Of a stretch of 32,000 nucleotides of DNA, positions 9,475 to 18,847 are shown piece after piece (position 1 is the stretch's first letter; each line of letters starts with the position of its first letter). Source of the stretch: Candidatus Heimdallarchaeota archaeon B3_Heim (lineage in GTDB: Archaea > Asgardarchaeota > Heimdallarchaeia > Hodarchaeales > Hodarchaeaceae); NCBI GenBank assembly GCA_003144275.1, contig NJBF01000013.1, forward strand, positions 30,001 through 62,000, in the 5' to 3' direction. The translations under genes were made by a program, and so were the position numbers. Under the pieces are notes generated by a model. The model was not told the DNA's origin and searched no databases. It worked only from the letters and a program-made list of their open reading frames with translations.

Positions 9475-10766
9475 CATAGATTTCACAATGAAAAAGTCCC
9501 GATGAGGCACCCCAAAGGGATTTATAGGTAAGATCTCGAAGAATTTTCGAACAAAAATGTCAACGAAAATCTTACCTATAAGGAAACACATTCACGATTG
9601 CTTAAAAAACTTTCCGTGGACTTCTGATACGCAATTCAAAGCCATCTGGACCTACGTAGATCACCAACTGGCAGGACGAGGGAGAGGACGACAGGCGTTG
9701 CTAAGGGCAGGAATGACTGATTTCAGCGATCGAAGCCTAGAGTATCAACTCCGACAAGCGAACTACTATCTGAAACTCCTGAATGAAGAGGTGCAGACAC
9801 GTTCCATAAATATCGATCGTAGACGAATTCATCAGCTCAGTCTTGATGATACCATGAACCAGCGTTTCGGGAAAAGTGTCTATGGAGCCGCCCATCAGTA
9901 TAATCACAGCCAAGGAAATGTGTGTCATGGGCAAACGTTAGTCGACCTCGTGCGTAGTACGGATCATGTCTTGGGGGTCAAGTTTCAACCTTATTTACCG
10001 AAGAAATACCTCCAACGAGCTAATGGGTCGTTAGATGACTTCGAAACAAAAATTGAACAGGCTTACCAGCTATTAGAAAAAGAAATTTGGCAACTCCGTC
10101 ATCAGGGACTACCTCTGACAAAAATATGGACATCCATGGACTGCTGGTATGCTTGTGAGAAGCTAACTACATTTGTACGTCAAACGGGGACAAATTTTGT
10201 GCAAGGAATAAGAAAAAATACCCTCTGCCACTGGTTTGGGCAGACTGCGCGGCTTGACCAAATCTTCAATCAGCATGACAAGTGGTACTATCGGACTGAC
10301 ACTCATTCGGGAAAAAAAACCTTTTTTCAGGAGAAAACGCTCAACCTGGTCAAATACGGACGCTGTAAGGTGTTTGCTGTTCGTAGAGGGGATGAAGTAC
10401 GAATTCGTTATTATGCCACGAATGTTCTCAAACTCACGATTAACCGGTTGTTAGAGCGGTTAAAGGTTCACTGGCGGGTAGAAACCATGCATCTAGATTT
10501 GAAAGAGCGTTTTCACTTAAATGGTTGTAATTCAGGGAAGGATGTACTGAATCTCATCCACTGGCGACTGTGTTACTTGGTTTACTTTCTTTTTTGCCAA
10601 TACCAACATCTACTCCATCGAAATGGTGAAAAGATTTCCCTCACTCGTCTTCTCTTTCATTATCAGTATCAATACGATGAGGAACGTGCTCAACGCTATT
10701 TTTCCACTCCTTTTCGTCGTTTAAAACTTCAACAGCTTCTTGTGACATCTTGATGTGAAATCAATG
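9475..10766 (+). mobile_element. Complete IS element (IS701/IS4-like DDE), 1292 bp
   Basis: IRL CATAGATTTCACA (9475-9487) versus reverse complement of IRR CATTGATTTCACA (10754-10766): 12/13 match. Direct repeat CTAT at 9471-9474 and 10767-10770. Visibly higher GC than the flanks. Confidence 0.9.
9557..10753 (+). CDS. DDE transposase, IS701-like (DDE_5-type)
   Basis: LSLDDT..RFGK.VYG..HQYNHSQG, MDCWY and HWRVETMH.DLKE supply the D, D, E triad. Confidence 0.9.
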   Translation: MSTKILPIRKHIHDCLKNFPWTSDTQFKAIWTYVDHQLAGRGRGRQALLRAGMTDFSDRSLEYQLRQANYYLKLLNEEVQTRSINIDRRRIHQLSLDDTMNQRFGKSVYGAAHQYNHSQGNVCHGQTLVDLVRSTDHVLGVKFQPYLPKKYLQRANGSLDDFETKIEQAYQLLEKEIWQLRHQGLPLTKIWTSMDCWYACEKLTTFVRQTGTNFVQGIRKNTLCHWFGQTARLDQIFNQHDKWYYRTDTHSGKKTFFQEKTLNLVKYGRCKVFAVRRGDEVRIRYYATNVLKLTINRLLERLKVHWRVETMHLDLKERFHLNGCNSGKDVLNLIHWRLCYLVYFLFCQYQHLLHRNGEKISLTRLLFHYQYQYDEERAQRYFSTPFRRLKLQQLLVTS

Positions 10767-10842
10767 CTATTTCTGTTTATCATATTCCCTCTAATTCTTT
10801 TAACCACTAAGAACTCATTAAATCGATTTATTTTCCTTGAGA

Positions 10843-11862
10843 TCAGTGATTTGGAATAAATTCTTCTTTCAAGAACTTAATAAGATCACTAACAGTTATA
10901 AAGGTTTTATCTGCAAAAAATGAGGTAAAAGGACTATAATTCTCTGCAGGAAAAACAGCGAACACATATTTATTATTTCTAAATCCATAAGCCTGTTCAT
11001 TGACAACCCCAGAGGAATGGACAATTTCGGGGTAAAAAATAACCACCATTGTACCTTGATCAATAAGCTGAAAATCACGATACACAGTTTGATAGAAATC
11101 ATAAACTCGTATATCTTCGGGTATGTCCAGATGTACTTTTTCAAGTTCCATTGTTCCCGGATCGAATACAACAAATCCTAAATCCCGTAGTTCTTGAGCT
11201 AAGACTTCAATTTCTTTTTTTTTTTCCTCGTCCTTAATATGAGTCATTGGATATGATAGATATACTTTCTCGCTTGTCTCATGTTCGAATATTAGACGAT
11301 ATAGGGTTGTTGGAGGTTGACGTCGTGCAACAATGTAGAAGGGCTTTTTCAAAGATTCAGCCATAAGTTTAGTTATAAAAGCTTCTTCTTCCTGCCAAAT
11401 ACCTAACTGTAATCGATTATTCATCCCACCCCAAAGAGGATTAGCTTCGAGAGTATCATAAATATCATTAATCACATTAATAACGGTAATAAATATATCT
11501 GGTTTTAGTTTGGTTAAATAAAAGAAATCCCACCCAGACATGAGATGTTCACGCCAGCGGAATGTAGCATGAGTATTTATTATGATAGCCACATCTTTTT
11601 CACTTTTTTCATGATCTTCGACTTCTCTAAGAATTCTTTCAAATACAGTTGATCTTAATGCCTGTAATGTTGGAGGGGATAAATCAAGCATCTTTTCTCG
11701 TTTAACATCCATTCTCAGCTCTTTTGCTGTACCCCACATCATTCTATTAGTGTTCATAATAATGATTTTCTTCTTGGGATGATGTTTTTTGACATACTTT
11801 TCCATGTCTCTTATGGCATCAGATCTTCCTGACCCACTGATTCCGCTTATAATTACTCGCAT
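10843..11862 (-). CDS. Archaeal adenylate-kinase-like P-loop domain fused to a nucleoside 2-deoxyribosyltransferase/NMP N-glycosidase-like domain
   Basis: GISGSGRS P-loop and IINTHAT (cf. AdkA-type DTH). C-terminal VYLSYPMT...GFVVFDP...RDFQLID...SSGVVNEQAYG (cf. NDT/Rcl YLAGP...D..I...SGT..E.GYA). Confidence 0.7.
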   Translation of the reverse strand: MRVIISGISGSGRSDAIRDMEKYVKKHHPKKKIIIMNTNRMMWGTAKELRMDVKREKMLDLSPPTLQALRSTVFERILREVEDHEKSEKDVAIIINTHATFRWREHLMSGWDFFYLTKLKPDIFITVINVINDIYDTLEANPLWGGMNNRLQLGIWQEEEAFITKLMAESLKKPFYIVARRQPPTTLYRLIFEHETSEKVYLSYPMTHIKDEEKKKEIEVLAQELRDLGFVVFDPGTMELEKVHLDIPEDIRVYDFYQTVYRDFQLIDQGTMVVIFYPEIVHSSGVVNEQAYGFRNNKYVFAVFPAENYSPFTSFFADKTFITVSDLIKFLKEEFIPNH

Positions 11863-12024
11863 AAGAATGTCCCTTTTTCTTTAATTGGCACAAGTACTAC
11901 TTCTGAATCTTTATTGTACTGGTACCTTCTTCTTTAGATACTTTTCGGAATTTTTTATTTAATTTTTTCTGGAAAATCAAAAAGATCTAAAGGTACATTT
12001 ATTCTTAATTGACTTGACTAAATC

Positions 12025-12699
12025 ATGACTGTGCGAAATAATCGAATCAGAAACTTTCAAGGATCTTTAATTGCTTTTGATTTTGATGGAACACTAACTA
12101 CAGCAGATTATCGATCTTCATGGCAAGCTGTTCATGAATACTTTGGTACTTGGGCAACTCACGGGAAAACTGCTTTACGACGATTTATTGATGGCGAGAT
12201 CAACTATACAGAGTTTTGTATAGCAGATGCTTACCCTTGGATTAACCAATCTGAATCGGAATATCAAAGAGCTTTAGCTACTATCAAATTAAGAGACGGA
12301 ATTTCCGAACTTCTTACCTTTTTTAAAGAAAACAAATGTATTTTAGTTATTATATCACAAGGCTTGAAAGATCTAGTTGAAAAGGTTGCACACAAATATA
12401 ATTTCAATTTTTGGGTAGCTAATGAATTAATCCGTAAAAAAAATAGAATAACTGGTGATGTAGAGGTAAATGTAGATGTTCTGGATAAAGGGAAAATTCT
12501 CCAATCGCTTCTTGGATCTTATAAAATTCCTCAAAAGAAATCAATAGCAATCGGAGATGCCAGTGCTGATATAGATATGTTCAAGACAGCAAATATATCG
12601 ATCGCAATAGAGCCTAGTTCCAAAAAAGTAGCAGACTGTGCAGATTTTGTTTGTCAATCTGAAGATTTAAGTGAAATCATTACATTTTTTGATATCTAG
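12025..12699 (+). CDS. HAD-IB family phosphatase (phosphoserine-phosphatase-like)
   Basis: Motif I DFDGTLT, motif II IISQG, motif III K (DKGK), motif IV GDASADIDM. Confidence 0.85.
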   Translation: MTVRNNRIRNFQGSLIAFDFDGTLTTADYRSSWQAVHEYFGTWATHGKTALRRFIDGEINYTEFCIADAYPWINQSESEYQRALATIKLRDGISELLTFFKENKCILVIISQGLKDLVEKVAHKYNFNFWVANELIRKKNRITGDVEVNVDVLDKGKILQSLLGSYKIPQKKSIAIGDASADIDMFKTANISIAIEPSSKKVADCADFVCQSEDLSEIITFFDI

Positions 12700-12706
12700 C
12701 ACCATC

Positions 12707-13381
12707 CTAGAATTTCCGTACAATAAGCTGATGAAGTATTGCATCAACAGCTCTAAGATCAACTTGATTGGGGGCCAAAAATGCCCCTGCTTCTTCCTCT
12801 CTTTCCTCAGAACCAATATACATGGCTTCGGATAGCTTTCCTCCAATTTCTCTTGGTGGAAGAAACGCTACACCGAAATTTCGATTAGGATGTAGATCTA
12901 GGATATTGGTCATTATTGTATACGAATTCTTATTGTCATAGGCGCGTGTAAGTAAAAAATTTCCTATTTTTTGTACATTTCTCACATGAACCACTTTTAA
13001 ATCAACTCCAGCCCCTAATTTAGAATTTGCAGTTTTCATACGACGGCCTAGATATTGGAAAATGTTAATTCCCCAAATAAGATTAGCTAACGATAACTGA
13101 ATGGATGATGGGGTTGAATAAGCAGGTTTGAGAGCTTAAGATAATTGTAATCCATACGTGTGTATGCTCTTCAAGTCATTATGTATTAATAACTTGTTTA
13201 ATGGTAGATAGGAATATTTCATGACCATAAGGGATGATTCAATAGAACGTAGAGTTTTTTCAAGATTCTCTTTTGATAGAGAAGGTCTAAAACCTAGTTT
13301 TGTAGCAAAAGTCTTTCGCAGAATTTTATGGGCCAGCTCAGCGATAATAATTGGAGGGAATTTGTCTGTTGCTAAACTCAA
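12707..13381 (-). pseudogene. Archaeal tRNA-binding protein (helical N-domain plus EMAP/Trbp111 OB fold, COG2517-like) interrupted by an in-frame TAA at 13136-13138
   Basis: ORFs 13136..13381 and 12707..13039 share a frame, and the 32 codons between them are open (ALKPAYSTPSSIQLSLANLIWGINIFQYLGRR). N-part has MKYSYLP; C-part has MTN...VAFLPPREIGGKLSEAMY. Confidence 0.75.
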
Positions 13382-13422
13382 TCATACTACCCCTGTATTC
13401 AGGAAAAGAGGAAAAGCACTTT

Positions 13423-14457
13423 TTATGTTACGTCTACAATACCTGCAGCCGTTACACCAAATATTGCTTCATTTTCTGGTAATAGGGGACTGTCTACTAT
13501 TCTAGCAATCCTTCTTTCTCCCTTAGACTTTCGTAAATATACTCGTGTTTGAGCTGCATGAGCGACAATATGTCCTCCTACCGCAGTTGTTGGATCTCCA
13601 AAAAATTGATCTGGTTTAGCTTGAACCTGATTTGTGAGAATAACTGCGAGTTTCCAAACTTCTGCCGCATGAAGAATTGCATGAATGTGTTGATTTAGCT
13701 TCTGTTGACGTGTTGCGAGAGTTCCCCGTCCTACATATTCAGCTCGAAAATGGGAGATCAATGAATCAACAACTAAGAGTTTCACGTTCTCCGTAGGAAG
13801 ATACTCTTTGACCATTTTTTCAACTAAAACCATCTGGTGATCTGTATTATGAGCACGACCATGAAGTATATTTTCTAAAACAATATCCACATCTATATTG
13901 TCTTTCCAGCGTTCAGCCATGTCAATGATCCGTTCTGGTCGAAAAGTTCCTTCGGTATCGACATAAACAACTTTAGGATATTCATCTCCTATTCTTAATC
14001 CACCATTTTCCACAGGTAATTGAGTCGTGACACAGAGTTGATGAGCGATCTGAGTTTTTCCTGTTCTAAATTCTCCGTACAACTCGGTTGCAGCACCTGT
14101 TTCGATACCTCCCCCGAATAGCTCATCTAACCTTTGACTGCCAGTTGTTATTTTTGCTAAATTTTTTCTTCGTTCTAAGACAACCTTAGCAGTCTCAAAA
14201 TCGATATCTAAAGCTTCACGTGCTGCTTCAATGATTTTCTGGACCGTTTTTTCTCCCAGGCTTGCTATGGATGAAAGTTCCCCAACTGAAACCGTCGCGA
14301 TGGATTCCAACGAAGAATATCCTGCTTCAACCAATTTTGCTGCAGTTGAAGGTCCTATTCCAGGTAAGTCTGTGATGGATGTAGCTTTTACACTTTTTTT
14401 AACGCTTTTGGTATCACTAGATGAATCTAAATTTGATTCCTTTTTCTTTGGGGACAT
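13423..14457 (-). CDS. radA: DNA repair and recombination protein RadA
   Basis: N-terminal HhH (DLPGIGPSTAAKL), Walker A GEFRTGKTQ, YVDTEGTFRPER, Walker B LLVVDS, RGTLATRQQKL, GGHIVAH. Confidence 0.97.
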   Translation of the reverse strand: MSPKKKESNLDSSSDTKSVKKSVKATSITDLPGIGPSTAAKLVEAGYSSLESIATVSVGELSSIASLGEKTVQKIIEAAREALDIDFETAKVVLERRKNLAKITTGSQRLDELFGGGIETGAATELYGEFRTGKTQIAHQLCVTTQLPVENGGLRIGDEYPKVVYVDTEGTFRPERIIDMAERWKDNIDVDIVLENILHGRAHNTDHQMVLVEKMVKEYLPTENVKLLVVDSLISHFRAEYVGRGTLATRQQKLNQHIHAILHAAEVWKLAVILTNQVQAKPDQFFGDPTTAVGGHIVAHAAQTRVYLRKSKGERRIARIVDSPLLPENEAIFGVTAAGIVDVT

Positions 14458-14494
14458 ATTTCTACCACACCTGTTATTAATTCATTCTACGAGA

Positions 14495-14502
14495 TATTTA
14501 AA
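14495..14502 (-). promoter_or_regulatory. Putative TATA box of radA
   Basis: TTTAAATA on the minus strand about 38 nt before the ATG; AGGTG RBS-like sequence downstream of it. Confidence 0.45.
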
Positions 14503-14876
14503 GGTCAATGCATTCTTTGAATAATTGGTTTCCTTATATGGTTATCGCTTATTTCCAGTTCAAGTTTATTCCCCAGAAATAACCTTATCTTCTTTCTCCC
14601 AGAAGTAACATTACATCGATCAAGATTTTCTCTTGTTGGTTAGAGCCCGAATAACAGCATTTTCAATGGAAAAAGAAGTTTATTTTGAATGAATTTTTTT
14701 GTCAAGAAGTCTGTCCTTTTGCTCCTTCTAGCGAAGAAATACAAAGCTATTCTTTATTTCCAAATCCCAAACAATACAAAAATCCTTAAATCACTAGAGT
14801 ATCCAACAAATTTTATTGAAGAAGTAGTTCCTTACGACACCAAACTTCATCTCAAAAATCAATAAAGTGACCTAAC

Positions 14877-15800
14877 TTGTTAGAAACGTTGATATATCGG
14901 CTAAGAAGAGAAAAACAAAGAAGATTGGGGAAAAAACGAAGAGCGGTTTCTCCTGTTCTCGCAACAGTAATCATCTTTGGTCTAATTATTACAGGAGTTA
15001 TGGTTACTTTTATACAGGTCGTCCCATTCATTGAACAGGCTCAGAGCGAACAAACAATAAGTTCGGTAAAAAATAGCTTTATTGACCTTGACGAAACTAT
15101 CGAATCTCTGATTAGTGAAAGCGGTAATCCTGGAGGCTTTAGAACTCTCTTATTCACTAAACCAGCAGGTACTCTTGAATTTAACCCTAAAGCATATTAT
15201 ATTTCATTATATTTAGAAGATAAAAATGTAGATTTCGTTCATGATATTATTGACTTCCAAGAAATTGGGATGGTTGATTGGGTCTATAGTAGTCCGCGTT
15301 CTATCCTTCCTCGTGGAACTTCAAAATATCTAACTGGTCCAGCTCCATATAAAACCCGCGAGCAGGCATTTATTACAGGTATGTTTGCAACATCTGATAA
15401 TCAGGATTTAACAAACTTAGTTTTAAGTCATCAAACAGATCGCAAACATCATATCTCGCTAGATTATCGCGTATCAATTTATTTAACAATTTCTACACAG
15501 CCTGTTCCTGAAATACGCCTTCAAATATTCTTAATATCATTAACAGCAGACTTTAATTCAATCCATAACCAATATAAACAGATTACAGTTCATGTAAGCA
15601 AAAATGTATCAGCACCTGAGATTCTAGCTCCTCCCCCATTTGTTTCAAAGCTGGATCTAATCATTGATAGAACATATAGTTCTACACCATCCTCCACTTT
15701 GTTGTGGAGTACCAGTCAGGTACATGGATTGAATAATCTTAATGATTTTGACATTGTGGTACAATTACTTAAATATGATATAAATCTAAAAACAACATAG
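14877..15800 (+). CDS. Type IV pilin-like protein with class III signal peptide (TTG start)
   Basis: KKRRA|VSPVLATVIIFGLIITG cleavage pattern followed by an amphipathic helix. Confidence 0.85.
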   Translation: MLETLIYRLRREKQRRLGKKRRAVSPVLATVIIFGLIITGVMVTFIQVVPFIEQAQSEQTISSVKNSFIDLDETIESLISESGNPGGFRTLLFTKPAGTLEFNPKAYYISLYLEDKNVDFVHDIIDFQEIGMVDWVYSSPRSILPRGTSKYLTGPAPYKTREQAFITGMFATSDNQDLTNLVLSHQTDRKHHISLDYRVSIYLTISTQPVPEIRLQIFLISLTADFNSIHNQYKQITVHVSKNVSAPEILAPPPFVSKLDLIIDRTYSSTPSSTLLWSTSQVHGLNNLNDFDIVVQLLKYDINLKTT

Positions 15801-15827
15801 CATTATTTGACATTTTGGTAGACTATT

Positions 15828-16280
15828 ATGGCTTCACAATATATCACTTTCATGATTATATTCACCTTGGGTTTGAGCTTAGTAATCATCACAAATGGTA
15901 TGTTCTCAACTCTAAGTGACCAATTTCGTGAAAATGTTGCACAAGTTGAATTGGACACAATTCTAGATCAAATTCAATTGCAGATTCAACAGAACTTGCT
16001 TATTCATCCAGAGAATAATCAATCAATTTATCAACGTTTTGAATTTCCCCCTGCTCTTGGCCAAGGGTTCCGATATACATTAGATATTACAAATTCTACG
16101 GATGGGAAAGATATAATACTTACTGGAAGCACGTTTAATGCTGAAGTAACTCAACAGATAAGATTCTCAGTAGGATCAGTGTATTTTGTAACAGCTTCTG
16201 GTCATTTCATAAGCACTAATCCAATTATGACTCTAAACCTTCATAAAAATAGTAATATTATCAATATTCAAATGGCTTAA
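15828..16280 (+). CDS. Minor pilin-like protein lacking a basic leader
   Basis: MASQYITFMIIFTLGLSLVII hydrophobic N-terminus, long amphipathic helix, FP..LG.G.RY.L.I motif; position in the pilus locus. Confidence 0.6.
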   Translation: MASQYITFMIIFTLGLSLVIITNGMFSTLSDQFRENVAQVELDTILDQIQLQIQQNLLIHPENNQSIYQRFEFPPALGQGFRYTLDITNSTDGKDIILTGSTFNAEVTQQIRFSVGSVYFVTASGHFISTNPIMTLNLHKNSNIINIQMA

Positions 16281-16360
16281 CATGATTGAGTTCATTGAGT
16301 AGATAAGAAATTAATAAAAGAAACATTATTGAAATAAACTTACAAAGGAGAACCATAACG

Positions 16361-16371
16361 ATATTTATATC
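16361..16371 (+). promoter_or_regulatory. Putative TATA box for the ATPase-to-DP2 operon
   Basis: ATATTTATATC in a 124-bp gap; GGAG at 16391 before ATG 16405. Confidence 0.4.
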
Positions 16372-16404
16372 AGGTTATTATTAATAAATAGGAGTAAAAA
16401 CAAG

Positions 16405-17913
16405 ATGGCCGATTCTAGTAGTTTGATTCGTGAAACCTATCCATTAATCCCCCCTTTCAGCTATGCTTTAGTTGCTACTGATCCTGACACAAAACAAACG
16501 AAATATACGGTAGTAGAAATACCTCTAAGTACTAAAGAGAAAGATATTCTTGACATGATTAAAAATGTGCTTGAAGAAGAATTAGATGTTGATTTTAACG
16601 TGTTGAAATCGCCAGAGGTGGCTCGAGACTATTTGCGTCAAAAGGTCATCGGCATTGCAAAAAATTATGGCTTGAAAATGGACGAAAAAACGTTTGATAA
16701 AATTAATTATCACATAACGCGCGATTTTGTTGGATTTGGTCAGATAGATGCGATATTGCGTGACCACGCCGTAGAAGATATTAGCTGTGATGGTGTAGGT
16801 ATCCCAATCTATATATGGCATAGGAAATTTGAAAGTATTCAAACAAATATAAAATTTGATGAAGAGGAGGATCTAGATTCCTTTATAATCAAATTAGCTC
16901 AACGTGCAGGTAGACACATTAGTGTAGCCAGACCTTTACTTGATGCTGCTTTACCTGATGGTAGTCGTCTTCAATTAACTTACGGTCGGGAGGTAACACA
17001 GAGAGGTAGCACATTTACCATAAGAAAATTCCGTTCTGATCCTTTAACGGTAACAGATATGATAACCTATAATACTATAGATGAAGACCTTGCAGCCTTT
17101 TTATGGTACGCTTTAGAAAATCGCAATTCAATTGTTATAGCAGGTGGTACCGCTGCAGGGAAAACATCTTTGCTAAATTGCTTAGCTATGTTTATTAGGC
17201 CTGGTATGAAAATTGTATCAATAGAAGACACTGCTGAATTGCATTTACCACATGAAAATTGGATTCCTGCAGTTGCTAGAGAAGGTTATGGTGGACGGGA
17301 AGCTGATGGATCAAGGCGTGGAGAAGTCTCCATGTACGATCTTTTACGTGCAGCGTTACGTCAAAGACCTGATTACCTCTTCGTAGGAGAAGTACGAGGT
17401 GCAGAGGCATATAACCTCTTCCAGGCAATGGCAACTGGTCATACTGGAATGGGAACTATTCACGGAGATAGTGTTACAGGAACAATTAGAAGATTAGAAA
17501 ATGAACCAATGAATATCCCCCGAACCCTTATCCAAACCTTAAACATGTTGGTGGTGCTTCGTAAGGTTAGAAGAGGGGATAAGCAAGTTCGTAGAGTTAT
17601 TGAATGTACAGAAATCGTAGGTATCGATCCAGTTACAACTGAGATCATCACAAACAAAGTTTTTGGGTGGAATGCACGTGAAGATGCTTATATCAACTAT
17701 GGTAGATCCTATGCTCTAGAAGGTATTCAGGAATCGCAAGGATTAACTGAGTCACAGGTTTATGATGAACTTGAAAGAAGAAAAACCATTATGAGGTGGA
17801 TGGTAAAAAAGAAATTTGCCCATTACACGCAAGTATCTGAGGTCATTAATAGCTATTACCAAAATTCACTAGAAACTGTGGATCGCGCAAAAAGAGAACT
17901 TAAATCTATTTGA
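16405..17913 (+). CDS. Type IV pilus/type II secretion assembly ATPase (archaeal PilB/TadA/FlaI family)
   Basis: EDISCDG, GSTFTIRKF, Walker A GGTAAGKTS, SIEDTAE, RQRPD...Walker B GEVRG, His box TGH. Confidence 0.95.
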   Translation: MADSSSLIRETYPLIPPFSYALVATDPDTKQTKYTVVEIPLSTKEKDILDMIKNVLEEELDVDFNVLKSPEVARDYLRQKVIGIAKNYGLKMDEKTFDKINYHITRDFVGFGQIDAILRDHAVEDISCDGVGIPIYIWHRKFESIQTNIKFDEEEDLDSFIIKLAQRAGRHISVARPLLDAALPDGSRLQLTYGREVTQRGSTFTIRKFRSDPLTVTDMITYNTIDEDLAAFLWYALENRNSIVIAGGTAAGKTSLLNCLAMFIRPGMKIVSIEDTAELHLPHENWIPAVAREGYGGREADGSRRGEVSMYDLLRAALRQRPDYLFVGEVRGAEAYNLFQAMATGHTGMGTIHGDSVTGTIRRLENEPMNIPRTLIQTLNMLVVLRKVRRGDKQVRRVIECTEIVGIDPVTTEIITNKVFGWNAREDAYINYGRSYALEGIQESQGLTESQVYDELERRKTIMRWMVKKKFAHYTQVSEVINSYYQNSLETVDRAKRELKSI

Positions 17914-17938
17914 ACAGCAAAACAAGGAGTTTAATCCT

Positions 17939-18847
17939 GTGAGTAAAGTAATTAGAAGAGTAGGGTATCTTAGATTCGGAAGGTTCATCGAGCCCTGGAT
18001 TGAAAAAGGACGATTTGAGCGTCTCAATACTTCTTTGAAGAAAGCGGGGATGGATATTTCAGTTCGCGCTTACTTAGGAAGTGCCATAGTTACATCTATA
18101 CTTGTTGGTATCCTTAGTTTTTTAATTACTACTCTATCCGCAGGAATCATACTCCAGAGTACGGATTCAACCATTACAACTGAAACCTTATTGATTACCG
18201 CTCTGTTTATAGGTTTATTGAGCGCAATAATATGTTCAGTCATAACATATCTTCCTTTCTTATACTGGCCGCAAATGAAAGCTGCAGATCGTAAGATTTT
18301 AATTGAATCGGGTTTAACATCGACTGCTTCATACCTCTCTGCAATGGCCAGTTCTGGAGTCCCACCTGACCGATTATTCTATTCATTAGCCGGTGAGGAA
18401 TCAGTAGCACCCGAAATTTCAAAAGAAAGTAAAAGAATTACTAGGGACATTGAAATTTTCGGTTATGATATTTTAAAGGCATTAAGGACTGCGAGTGAGC
18501 GTTCGCCTTCTGAAAGATTTTCAAAGTTCTTAGACGGTATGTCTGCTACAATTACCAGTGGTGGTGATTTGACATTCTATTTGTCATCGGAAACAAAAGC
18601 TCACATGAAACTTAAAGAAGAGGAAACAAAAGAGTTTATTGAACAGTTAGGAGTCTTAGCTGAAATATTTATGATAATTGGAGTTGTAGCTCCTCTATTT
18701 TTTGTAGTAATTCTAGCCATTCTTGCTGTTATTAGCCCTGAGACTACAATTGGAAGTATATTCATGCTAACACTGACCTACTTTATAATGCCTATTCTAT
18801 TGACCATAATGATATTATTAATTAGTACTGCTTCGCGTGATATGTGA
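17939..18847 (+). CDS. TadB/TadC/PilC (T2SS F family) membrane platform protein (GTG start)
   Basis: L.KAGM....Y; MASSGVPP; RDIEIFGYDILKAL...SERSPS; several TM helices; AGGAG upstream. Confidence 0.9.
   Translation: MSKVIRRVGYLRFGRFIEPWIEKGRFERLNTSLKKAGMDISVRAYLGSAIVTSILVGILSFLITTLSAGIILQSTDSTITTETLLITALFIGLLSAIICSVITYLPFLYWPQMKAADRKILIESGLTSTASYLSAMASSGVPPDRLFYSLAGEESVAPEISKESKRITRDIEIFGYDILKALRTASERSPSERFSKFLDGMSATITSGGDLTFYLSSETKAHMKLKEEETKEFIEQLGVLAEIFMIIGVVAPLFFVVILAILAVISPETTIGSIFMLTLTYFIMPILLTIMILLISTASRDM

Noticed and set aside
13136-13138. Selenocysteine or pyrrolysine recoding of the in-frame stop
   Set aside because: The codon is TAA, not TGA or TAG.
14386-14457. NLS-like PKKK in the basic N-terminal extension of RadA
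   Set aside because: Short Lys/Ser-rich disordered tails are common on archaeal RadA; four residues are not evidence of a targeting signal.
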